Notes under the pieces: generated by a model
What the model was told of the DNA's origin: nothing
Databases searched by the model: none
What the model saw: only the letters and a program-made list of their open reading frames with translations
Assembly: GCA_964016885.1 (NCBI GenBank)
Contig: OZ024740.1
Span: 325,810,001 to 325,874,000 of the forward strand
Length of the DNA stretch: 64,000 nt
Source of the DNA: Eledone cirrhosa
Lineage: Eukaryota
Direction of reading: 5' to 3'
Shown here: one piece after another, positions 10,444-21,225 of the stretch
How the letters are laid out: each line of letters begins with the position of its first letter
Numbering within the stretch: the stretch's first letter is position 1
Made by a program: the position numbers and the translations under genes

Positions 10444-13400
10444 CCCATGCTCACATGGAAAATTGATGTTAAATGGTGATGGTGTTTTCAGCATGACTGG
10501 CTACAACCTGTTTCATAAAGACCGCATTAATCGTTGTGGTGGTGGTGTTATGGTCTACGTTCGGTCAAATCTGTTGGCAATTCCTTGTGCTGATTTGAAC
10601 CAATCACAGCAGGAAGTTTTTTTCTGCGATATACGTATGACCATGTCAACACTGCTACTTAGAGTCGTTTACCGTCCCCCAAATTACCATCAGGACACTC
10701 AACTTTGTGATATCCTCAGAGCTGCTGCCAGGAAGACAGCCACTTATGTTTTCATTGCAGGAGACTTCAATCACTCTGAGATTGACTGGGAAACCTTTCA
10801 TTGGCCGCCAAGTGCAAATGACTTCCTTGAGCTAGTGTTGGACTCGAGTTGGTCCCAGGTGGTCACCTCCCCAACAAGAGGTGACAACACTTTGGACCTA
10901 CTCTTCACCATTACTCCTGAAACGGTCATTAGTGTTACTGCTGAGGAACCTTTAGGTGACTCTGATCATGCTATGATCATTGCCAATCTATCCCTCATGG
11001 GGAGTAACAAGAACCACAACCATCTCCAAACTGCTCACTTTGACTGGAATAAAGCAGACTGGAACTGTTACTGCACCGAGTTGCAACGGCCAAACTGGCT
11101 TGAGTTCTATGACTCTGGAGATGTCAACACTGTACTCCAGAACATCCTGAGCTCAATATGGACAGCATGTGCAGCATCGGTGCCACGTAAGCAGAAAAAA
11201 CATCCCAAAAGTGCAATTTGGGAGACTGCGGCAGTCTGTCTTGCCAGAAATGAATGGCGCAATGCTGAACGTGAGTACAAACTTCACAAATCAGACATTA
11301 ATAGGAAGAAGCGAAATAGATCATCCAACCACCTCAAACAGGTGACAAAAAAGGCAGTGCTTCAATTTGAGCAGCGCATAGCAACCAGCCCTCACAGTAA
11401 GGTGTTCTGGAAGTATGTTCACTCAAAGCAGAGGCCTCACTCTCCAGTTGGTCCGCTTCGCAATCCCCACACAAGTCAGGTTACTGACGACCCCAAGGAA
11501 TGCGCAGAGCTCATTGCTGAATGCTATGCAGGCATTTTCACCATTGAAGACCAGAGTGTACCATCTCCACCACCTATGACACCGGACTCTATTACAACCA
11601 TGGAATTTACACCTGCAATGCTACGACGTCACCTAAAAAATAAACGCAACCATGCCTCTCCTGGTCTTGATGGTGTTACGTACCTGCTTCTTAAATGTGG
11701 TGGGTACTTCCTTCTGCACCAGTTATCACGCTTCTTCCAATTCTGTCTGAACAACAGTGCTACTCCAGAACAGTGGAAAACTGCCAGTGTCATTCCTCTG
11801 TTCAAAAAAGGTGACCACACATCACCTGTGAACTATCGTCCAGTCTGTCTTACTAGTTGCATCACCAAACTGATGGAATCCTGTGTCAGAGAAACACTTT
11901 GGAACTTCTGGAGCTCTCACAGTCTTATCCGGCCCTCGCAATTTGGATTTATCCCCAACTCCAGCTGCTGTGATCAACTTATAGAGTTTCTTGAGGACAT
12001 CACCCGGATTACTGATGGCGGCTCATGGGTGGATGTTGTTTACCTTGACTTTGCGAAAGCCTTTAATTCTGTGCCACACAAAAGGCTTATGGCAAAACTC
12101 TCTGCAATGGGTGTGAAGGATGATCTTTTTAACTGGTTGAAGTCCTTCATTCTCAGTCGAAGAGAGGTAGCCACGGTTCTGGGACAGCATTGCTCACCAT
12201 ATGAGATGTCATCTGGTGTACCACAAGGATCTGTTCTTGGCCCCCTTTTGTTTGTGGCATATATTAATGACATAGATGCCAACTTAAAGAATGCCACGGT
12301 ACTAAAGTACGCAGACGACATCAAGTACCTTGAGATAAAAAGGACAGATCCTGAACACTATAGATCTTGCTTGCAGTCTGACCTGGACACAATGCAACAA
12401 TGGATCTCAGACTGGCAACTCAAGCTAGCTGTGGACAAGTGCACCACCATGCATTTTGGGAGTAAAAACCCAGCGTCCACATACTCCCTCTACAACACTA
12501 ATATCAAGAAGTCTTCTTGTGAACGCGACCTGGGCATTACGGTCAGCAGCGATTTGCGTTGGACGAAGCACGTCTCTAAAATTGTCAAGAGGGCCGAGGG
12601 TGTCTTAGAATCACTCAGCAAGACCTTTGTCAGCCGCTCTCCAGATACCTATTTAAGGCTGTACATGGCTATGGTGCAACCACATTTAGAATTTGCATCA
12701 CCAGTCTGGAACCCCTATCTTGCTCAGAACATTGACCGCCTGGAAACTGTTCAGAGACGTGCAACCAAGCGAATACCCTCCATCAGGCATCTACCATACT
12801 CTGAGCGCCTTGCTTCCCTGGGCATGGATGCATTGAGGCTCCGACGCCTGGCAACTGACTTGGTAAACACCCACAAAATTGTTAACCATGTTGCCAACAA
12901 CAACCCTGAGTACCTTTTTGATTTCCATGTGTCTAACACACGTGGACATGCCCACAAAGTAAGAAAACAGCACAGTTCCCATGACTTTCGGAAACATTTT
13001 TTCACGCTCAGAGTTGCTGAAGCATGGAACAAACTACCTGCATCAGTTGTTAGCTGTCGAGACACTGCATCCTTTAAGGCCTCCATGCTTCCTGAGATCC
13101 GCCAACACTACAGCTAATGTTCCCCCTCCATACACATACACACATGTATACCATGACACTATTCACTTCCCTGACATTTGTGTATTATTCTATGTACTAT
13201 ACATACACCTTTGACGAGTTGTAATGCACCCGAGCACTTTACACAATAATTTCAATATTATTATTATATATGTAAGAAGTCTAAAACAATGCAAAATGGA
13301 CAGTGAGATGAAAGCAAAGAAAAAGTTAGTTATCTGCTAATCTTTGTTTTTTGTGATTTTTCATTCTATTTCGGGATTAAAATTCCCTTCATCAGAGTAT

Positions 13401-13812
13401 AAGGAATTCTCAGAGAAAAACATTCTGGTCTATTCACTTTAAAATTAGATTTAAATTTAATATTTATAAACTGCTTTCAGTTGTCGTTTGACTTTTGCTG
13501 TAGTATTCACGAGAAGCAGGAGAATGATGTCAATTGCCATATCTCATGGAATAGAATTTCTCGTGTAAATTGTTAGGTTTAGGTTGTGTGTGGGTGTGTC
13601 CTTTTCTGTCAAGTATTGTGTGTTGAGTTCCATTTTGTTATTTGCTTTGGTGGTTGAGTTTACGTGTATGTATATACACACACACATTCAAAGTAGGGGA
13701 TGCACAGGATAAAGACAATGGAAAAAGTAATGGAAAGACGGACTGTCCCATCTCTAAGTCAACCTCTGGATATCACTACAGTTTTGTTGCATTAAGATTG
13801 ATAGCTTTATGA

Positions 13813-13859
<47 letters not shown>

Positions 13860-16800
13860 ACGAATGGAGAAATGCTGTGCTGAGAAGGACCTGCCCAACC
13901 TATACAAGTGTGGAAAAATGGACGTAAAAATGATGATGATGATTATATATATCATAATTGCTGATTGCCACAATTATAACCTAATATAAATAGAAACAAA
14001 GCTATCCAATTATTGCCAATATATCTAAACAAAACCTTACTCACCAGATATATGCCATACTAGACATAAAGTAAACCTAATCACACCCTTTGGAACTGTA
14101 CACCAAACACTACCAGCATATCTACATTCAAACCTACACAAGCTTACTGGTATGGGGGCAACATACATCATCAGGCAACAGCTGTCTTATTACATGGTTT
14201 ATATATATAACTCTCCAGTGTATATGTGTAACATAGACTTAATGTCTCTCTTTCAGGTCCATCCTAATGTTTACAGTTATGTGAGAGCTCAGGTCCTGGG
14301 AACAGGAAGAACAATGTTCCAGGTAAAATGGTTTTCCTCTCTCTCTCTCTCTCATATATATATATAGGGGTTGGTGGTAGGGCATTCAGCCATAGAAACA
14401 TTGCCAGACTAAAAGCAGAGAGGACTCTTCAGGTGTGTCAAGGACATGGTAACTTCTCTTGTATTGGTGATACAAAAAACGCACCCAGTACACCCTATAA
14501 GGTGGTTCATGACAGGAAGGGCATTCAGCCATAAAAAGAACCTGCCAAACCAAGGGCTGAGGTGACTCTTCAGTTGTGTCACAGTCAGAACAACCTCACT
14601 AATACTGGTACTATGATAAAACACACCCAGTAGCCCCTGTCAAGTATTAGATGATAGGAAGGGCATAAAACAAAGTGTCGCGAATGTTTCATCTGTTTCA
14701 AGAACACACAACCTCTCTCGCATTGGTGACATGATGAAATGCGCACAATATGCTTTATAAAGTGGCTGCCATAGAAAACTCATCAAACAAAGGGTCAAAG
14801 GGGCTCTTCAGTTATCAAAGATATGACAACTTCCTTGGTGCTGGTGACACCATAAAATATACCTGGTGCAGGAATGTATAAAAAATATGCAATCCCCGGC
14901 CCATTTCAGAGATTGCTAGTTCAGATTAAGTACTATATACACATAATTATAATATCTTTTTCTTATCTATTTTTCTTACACTTGCTTAGCCTCTTAACCC
15001 TTTACCATTTACATTACTCTATATATACTATTTCATTTTTGTGGTAAAGGCTTTGTCACATATAATTATCTCACATAATATCAAAGCTAATATTTTGATA
15101 TTATTTATTTTGAGAATAATACCTTAACGTAAGTATCAGTGGCCAGTTAGGGCTGGCTTGAACAGAAAGAGGTGAGAGAATTCTGGCCAGATATGGCTGG
15201 TTTAAATGCTGAAGGGTTAAACCATACCATATATTGCTACTGTTTGATCACCAGCATTGTAGCTTCTAATCTCTCACCAGCTTTACTTTTAGTGTTTCAG
15301 TACTTGTACTGCTGGATGGGTCTTTTGTAATATGGCATATCACCAATCAGCTTGGTCCTGTGTCATCTCCTTCATGAAATTCAGTTTCTTGAAGACTTTT
15401 TCTTGACTCAGTGTCATATCATCCTTGGTCTTCCTCTTCCACAGATTCCATCCACTTGAAACACTTGGCACTTTTTATATATTCAAAATATACCATATAC
15501 CAATAAATACTAATTCTCTCCTGTTTTATTTATTTCCACAGCTGACTAGCACAGTTAATGTAGAGTATGACTTTCAGCTGAAGCAAAATGAGAAATATAA
15601 CACAATATTTGACATAAAGACTGACTATTTGAAATTCTCTGGTCGAAACGACTCCATCATGGACATGAAGATATGTGTAAAGTCAGTTCCCATCTTATTT
15701 CTCTGTTGTTTTTCTTTCGTTTTTTTTTAGTACGAGAATTTTTTTCCATACGCTGATGCATATGTGTATATGTGTGTGCATGTATGTATGTGGATATGCA
15801 TACATTTATGTATGTGGATATGCATACATTTATATGTATGAGTATATAAATATAAATGTACAAACACTGGCACACTTAAAAAATGCACAATCAAAGATAC
15901 ATTCACACACACATACATACATTCACACAAACATACTTTCACACACATACATATACACTCATACAGAACATAGTTTTTTCACCATCCCCTTCCTTCCTTT
16001 TACACACACACACACATACATTCACGTAGGCAGCAGACATAATAAGAGAGGAATATTATGAGGTAGTCAAACTACTCCTCTCTCTTTACGTGTTGTGACA
16101 GAATCTCAGAAATTTATTGGATTAACCCTTTAGTGTTCAAACCGCCCAAAACCGGCTGAAATTATTTTCCCTTCATTTGTTCAAACCGGCCGATAACACC
16201 CACACTAAAATATCGTTCTAAAAATAAACAAACCATCATTAAAGTCTCGTCAATTTGAGATTACTGCGAGATTAGGCCCTTACCACGAAAATTAACAAAC
16301 ACTTAATATAGTGAAACAACTTAAACCAACGTGTTTTTTTAATGTTGAAAGTAGAACAGATTTTTTTGTGTATCAACATGGCTTGTAAAAGTAGCGATAC
16401 CAACTTTGAAGGTTTTACACACGACGACATTCAGAATGAACAAGAAACAAAAGATAATATTAGTGATTTATCTTCAAATTAATCAGATGTTTACATTTCT
16501 GAAATTTCATCCGACGATGATTGTTGTTTTGAAAGTGAAAACGAAGGAGATCTCCAGGACGCCATTGAAAATATTACAGTAACGTGGTTGAAAAATACCA
16601 CACCAATATATGTTCCCGATTTTATTCAAAATACTGGTCCACAACACATTAGCTTCCGATGCTAAAGCACTGGATTACTTCTTTTTGTTTTTACCACAAA
16701 CTTCGAAGTTGTGGCAGAAGAGATTAATCGATATGCCCAACAACAGATTTCAAATTGAGGAAAACCCGATCTGTTTGGCAACCGACAGATGCTGCGGAAA

Positions 16801-19800
16801 TGCAAGCATTTTTTACCGTAAATATTATGTTCGGTATGAAACAATTTCCAAGACTGTGGAATTACTGGAGCACTGATATAAGGTTTAGTGATCCTTATAT
16901 ATCAAGTATTATGTCGAAAACAACGTATTTAAAATTAAACCAGTATTTGCACCTGGTTGATACTTCAAATGCCCCTATTAATTAATTTCACCTGCCCATA
17001 ATGGTCAATTAATGACCAAAAAAAATCAGGTAAAATTATATAATTGTAAATTATTGTTATTTAAACATCTACTGACAAAATTTCAAGCCTGCACATAGAA
17101 AATTAAGAAAATTACAAACAAATAAAATTGATAACTGTCTTGAGTATGATTAACTCAAAATAATAAGCATGACGTTTGAAAATTAATGTGAATGCTAAAG
17201 GGTTTAAAGGAAAGGTCTCAATTGTCAGATCAGATGTTTACCTCATAGGCAATAGAATACATGATCAAACCAACAGGGGTGTCGTATGAGCAGAGATACA
17301 ACTAGGGAAAATAGTGCCTATGGCAAGCAGTGATATTGCACCCCTGCCCAAATATAATTTATATAAATGGTTTAATGATCTAGGCACCAAAGTGCTTCTC
17401 ACCCATGGTAATCAAAGATAGATCATATATTTGAAAAAGTTTCTTTTTTTACTCATCAACGATAGCTTATCTGACTTTAATAGAAAGTGCTCCTAGTCCA
17501 AGTGGTGCCCATGGCACTTGCCATACAATAGCTACACCTCTGCATTAGAGTTGTTAGAGGGAATCAATGACATATGATTCAATTTAGAAAAAAAGACACA
17601 CACCCCATTTCCCTAAAAAAAAAAAACTTTATCCAACCACTCACATATTCTTTAACCGTTTTCATTCCAACCCACTCAAAATTCACCTCTGGTTCTATGA
17701 AACGAAACCACCCTTTTTGTAAAGCCCTTCCAATTTTTCATTGGTCTTGAATAATCACCCCCTGCTTATTAAATTTTTCTAATCTATCTCCAATGCAATT
17801 TTTATTGTAAGTGATTCATATCAATGCAGCAGCTGGAGAATCTAATAATAATTTTACATAAAAAAAAACATTATACATGACAAAAAATGAAATCCCATGT
17901 TTAAAAACGTACACTATACAATTACTGATTTCCCAACCCCCCTACTCATAAGAATTTAAGCAAATGATGCCCCCCCCCCCCACTCCCCGGCTTATTTTAA
18001 CCTTCCTCCCTATTATTTGGGACCCAAGAGTAATTGAAATACAGTTCATTTCATTAGAAATGTGATGACAAAAGGGTTACGGTTTATGTTACAAATACTA
18101 TCTTAATAATGAATAATTTTAATAAATCCCTCCAAATTCTTCATTAATTAATTGAAATAGTGTTTTGCATTAGAAATATAGTCATGAAAAGGTTAATTTA
18201 GAAGATATAAATTTCTTTTTTTTGCAGGTGGCTGCTTACATCTTGGTCTATAGTTTCAGGAATGTCTGTCCTGGAGGTAGACATTCCAACTGGCTATGTG
18301 ATATTAAACTCAACTCTGAGGAAATATGTACAAAGCGGCATTGTACCAAACCTTATGAGAGCAGAATTCTATAATCGCAAATTAGTTTACTACTTTGATT
18401 CAGTAAGATAACATTTCTTTTTCTTTTTAAGATTATTAAATTTTATTTACTAATCAACAGAAGTATACAATAAAAGTTTTAGCATTTAAACCAGCCCTAT
18501 CCGGCCAGAATTCTGTCACCTCTTTCTATTCAAACTGGTTTTAACTGGCCACTCATACTGATGTTAAGGTATTGTTTTCAAAATAAATATCAAAATCTCA
18601 TAGATTCGCTATTATGTGAGATAATTATGTGAAGTAAAGCCTTTACCATGAAAATATAATAGTAAAAATAATTGTTTCTACTTTTGGCACAAGGCCAGCA
18701 ATTACCCAGTGCATTACTGGTACTTTATTTTATCGACCCCGTAAGGATGAAAGGCAAAGTTAACCTCGGCAGGACTTGAACACAGAATGGCAAGGGCCGT
18801 AACTCTGTGCGTCAAAGCATGGCGTCTGACCCTCTACCGATACTGCCAATCCACCGCCCTTAGTAAAAATAATTGTTTCTACTATTGGCACAAGGCCAGC
18901 AATTACCCAGTACATTACTGGTACTTTATTTTATCGACCCCGTAAGGATGAAAGGCAAAGTTAACCTCGGCAGGATTTGAACTCAGAATAGCAAGGGCCG
19001 TAACTCTATGCGTTAAATGGTGTCCAACCCTCTACTGATACTGCCAATTCACCGCCTGCCCTTAGTAAAAATAATTGTTTCTACTTTAGGCACAAGGCCA
19101 GCAATTACCCAGTGCATTACTGGTACTTTATTTTATCGACCCCGTAAGGATGAAAGGCAAAGTCAACCTCGGCGGGATTTGAACTCAGATCGTAAAGGGA
19201 CGTAACTATGCTGGAAAGCATGGCGTCCGACCCTCTACCGACACTGCCAATCCACCACCCTTAGTAAAAATAATGTAAATGCTAAAGGGTTAAAAAAACC
19301 CATTATAATTATAAACAAGAGAGAAAAAAGGACGACAAACGAAAAAAAATTCAATATTAAAAAAAACATGGGAGGTAGAGCGCAAACTCTACATTGTTGG
19401 CTGTGCAATGCATTTCAGCTGTGCCCCACAGAGAAGATGGTGAAAACATTGCTGCAGAGAACAATTCTTGCTACATCAACTACTTCATCTCATGTGGCTC
19501 CTCCTCCTTCAAGTAGGATGTGTTCCTTCTGATTTTACAGAGCAAAATGAAAGCCCAGGGATTTGTAGTGTTATAGTAAAGACTTTAATTTTCAATGTAA
19601 TGCAGTCATAGTACTGTTTTGTATTTTTCAAGAATGTGTTGTTCATGTGGTTTGTTAATTTAAATCTTTATAGTGCTCTTCCTAGTAGACAGATTATGAA
19701 AATTTCCAGTATTAAAATAAAAATTTTTATATTTAATGTGATGCAGTCATAGTAATATTTTATGCTTGAATGTTTTACTAATGTGGTTTCATGTACACGA

Positions 19801-21225
19801 TATGAAGAGGTAATATATATTTTCTGAACTGTTTCCAGCTTGATACTAGCTCATCATGTGTATACTTTCGAGCGAACCGTTGGTATCCAGTTGCTAATGC
19901 TACTATACAGCATAGGATACGTGTCTATGATTACTATGAGCCAGGTAATGTTACCATTTTATTTATTTGCATATGTTGGCATAGTTGGATAGGGTTTATG
20001 TTTTTGTTCAGAAAAATTGTTTTTACATTTGAATATCTTTCCTACCACTAATCACTGGACAGAAAACTGTGTTATGACAGCCATATAAACTGGAGCAAGC
20101 AGACTATATCATCATCATCATCATCAACATCATTTAACATCCATTTTCCATGCTAACATGGGTTAGACGGGTTGTCCCATAAGAGGCAAGTTGGGTCAGG
20201 TGACCATGTCTTGCTCATATAGAACTGTTTCTGGCTAGGTCTCTATGGCTGGATGCCCTTCCTAACACCAACCACATTTACAGTGTGTGCTGGGTGCTTT
20301 TTGTCGTGATCTACATGACCACTTTACAGTGTGTGCTGGGTGCTTTTTGTCGTGACATCTACACAACCACTTTACAGTATGTGCTGGGTGCTTTTTGTTG
20401 TGATCTACATGACCACTTTACAGTGTGGGCTGGATATGTTTTGTTCACAGTGTAAGGGTGGTGTGGAGAGGAGTGGGTGGGTGGGGGTATAGTGGTTAAG
20501 AGATGCCTACTAGGTGTATGTTTGAGTCTGTGCACATGGGAAGACGTATCATCTGTATTACTGCATAACGCCAAAGATCATTGTTCTTGAGTGATTCAGT
20601 TGCACAAGGTCAGCTTTTATCACCACGTCTCAGGTCTTCCTGGGTCTTCCTACTCCAAGGTTACCATCAATTTTGATTGCCGTGCTCCTTTTTATACAAC
20701 TGTCATCCTTCATATACATATTATGACCATACCAACGCAATCTCCTGTCTACCTCCTGCAACTGATCCCTCTTATACCTAATTTCTCTCTTAGTTCATTT
20801 ACACTTTGCCGTTCATGTATATTACTATTACACATCCATTGGAGCATGCATGGTTCATTTCTTTCCAGTCTTCATAGGTCCTCTGCACATAGCGCCCAGG
20901 TTTCACTACCATGTAACATTGCTGTTCATATACATGCATCATACAATCTGCCTTTCATTTTAAGGGGAAAACCTTTTGTAGCTAGTAATACACACATATA
21001 TATATATATATATATATATTGTTTTTTCTCTTTTCAGGTCTGTATAAAATGTCGTTATACAAAACTGAGAATCTTTTCCAGAAGAACATATGTTATGTAT
21101 GTGGGTCATTCCAGTGCCCCTACTGCCCACAGTTCAACACTGCTAATGTTATTAAATGTACCATTACAATCTTCTGTCTGCTCCTCACCAACCTTCTACA
21201 GCACTATATGTTGCGGATCTCTTGA
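5908..21225 (+). CDS. Mcr: Thioester-containing protein / alpha-2-macroglobulin family, Mcr (macroglobulin complement-related)/CD109-like; last 7 coding exons, 5' part outside the window
   Basis: Exons 5908-6149, 9250-9411, 14257-14322, 15542-15681, 18228-18402, 19839-19944 and 21038-21225 join in frame at GT-AG; motifs VQTTAYALL, WL..RN.FGG.SSTQDT..A.EAL, SGMSVLEVDIPTGY, VYDYYEP, ICYVCGSFQCPYC and a hydrophobic tail. The family call is firm; the Mcr subfamily call is from recalled motifs. Confidence 0.88.
6582..7612 (-). mobile_element. Non-autonomous Helitron with a PIF1-helicase C-terminal remnant
   Basis: Minus-strand LIPRIPLIPS..PFTFKRLQFPVRPCFAISINKSQGQT; 3' end CTAG|T at 6582 preceded by a decayed hairpin; 5' end TATATATAAAG...TGTTTGTTTG near 7612. 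Confidence 0.8.
7697..7878 (+). mobile_element. tRNA-derived SINE (Meta-domain-like family)
   Basis: TGGCAGTATC A-box, GAGTTCAAATCC B-box and GCCTTTCATCCTT..GGGGT.GATAAAATAAAGTACC; about ten related copies in the window. Confidence 0.7.
8862..9066. mobile_element. piggyBac-type MITE
   Basis: TTAA-flanked, degenerate CCCTTTAG/CTAAAGGG ends, homologous to 14998-15216 and 54351-54562. Confidence 0.6.
9250..9411 (+). CDS. TEP/Mcr-like exon
   Basis: cag|GAC..AAG|gtgggc; DTIVAMEALYEY..MSEIK; phase 0/0. Confidence 0.9.
10443..13266 (+). mobile_element. CR1-clade LINE, 5'-truncated; ORF2 (APE endonuclease + RT) open over 10463-13117
   Basis: 884-aa ORF with YRPP, GDFN, LDL..SDH, NYRPVCLTS, LDFAKAF, GVPQGSVLGP, YADD and a CR1-type C-terminus TRGH..FF..RV..WN.LP; (ATT)n tail; inserted in (TA)n. 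Confidence 0.92.
14257..14322 (+). CDS. TEP/Mcr-like exon
   Basis: cag|GTC..CAG|gtaaaa; VHPNVYSYVRAQVLGTGRTMFQ. Confidence 0.85.
14998..15216. mobile_element. piggyBac-type MITE
   Basis: TTAA|CCCTTTA...GAAGGG|TTAA. Confidence 0.75.
15542..15681 (+). CDS. TEP/Mcr-like exon
   Basis: cag|CTG..AA|gtcagt; LTSTVNVEY..MKICVK; phase 2 matches the next exon. Confidence 0.85.
16126..17202 (+). mobile_element. Internally deleted piggyBac transposon with an N-terminal transposase remnant
   Basis: TTAA|CCCTTTAG..CTAAAGGG|TTTAA ends; broken frames 16378-16985 encode an acidic N-terminus, LDYFFLF, INRYA and EMQAFF..IMFG..YWSTD....IMSK..YL.L..YLH typical of piggyBac transposases; no catalytic DDD region. 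Confidence 0.85.
17291..17542. mobile_element. Possible MITE
   Basis: Degenerate inverted ends CAGAGATACAACTA / TAGCTACACCTCTG. Confidence 0.35.
18228..18402 (+). CDS. TEP/Mcr-like exon (receptor-binding/MG8 domain)
   Basis: cag|G TGG..TCA|gtaag; SGMSVLEVDIPTGY..LVYYFDS. Confidence 0.92.
18478..19289. mobile_element. piggyBac MITE interrupted by a tandem trimer of SINEs (18660-19260, minus strand)
   Basis: MITE body at 18478-18670 resumes near 19262 and ends CTAAAGGG|TTAA; three ~200-bp SINE units each start with TAGTAAAAATAAT. Confidence 0.8.
19839..19944 (+). CDS. TEP/Mcr-like exon
   Basis: cag|CTT..CCAG|gtaatg; LDTSSSCVYF..VYDYYEP. Confidence 0.92.
20270..20450. repeat. ~45-bp minisatellite derived from a retroposon segment
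   Basis: Tandem CCACTTTACAGTGTGTGCTGGGTGCTTTTTGTCGTGA units. Confidence 0.7.
21038..21225 (+). CDS. TEP/Mcr-like last coding exon
   Basis: cag|GT CTG..TGA; GLYKMSLY..ICYVCGSFQCPYCPQFN followed by a hydrophobic tail. Confidence 0.88.

Noticed and set aside
20591-21037. 5' part of the 218-aa ORF 20591-21247 as a gene
   Set aside because: Antisense LINE-derived intronic sequence; only 21038-21225, in another frame, is the real exon
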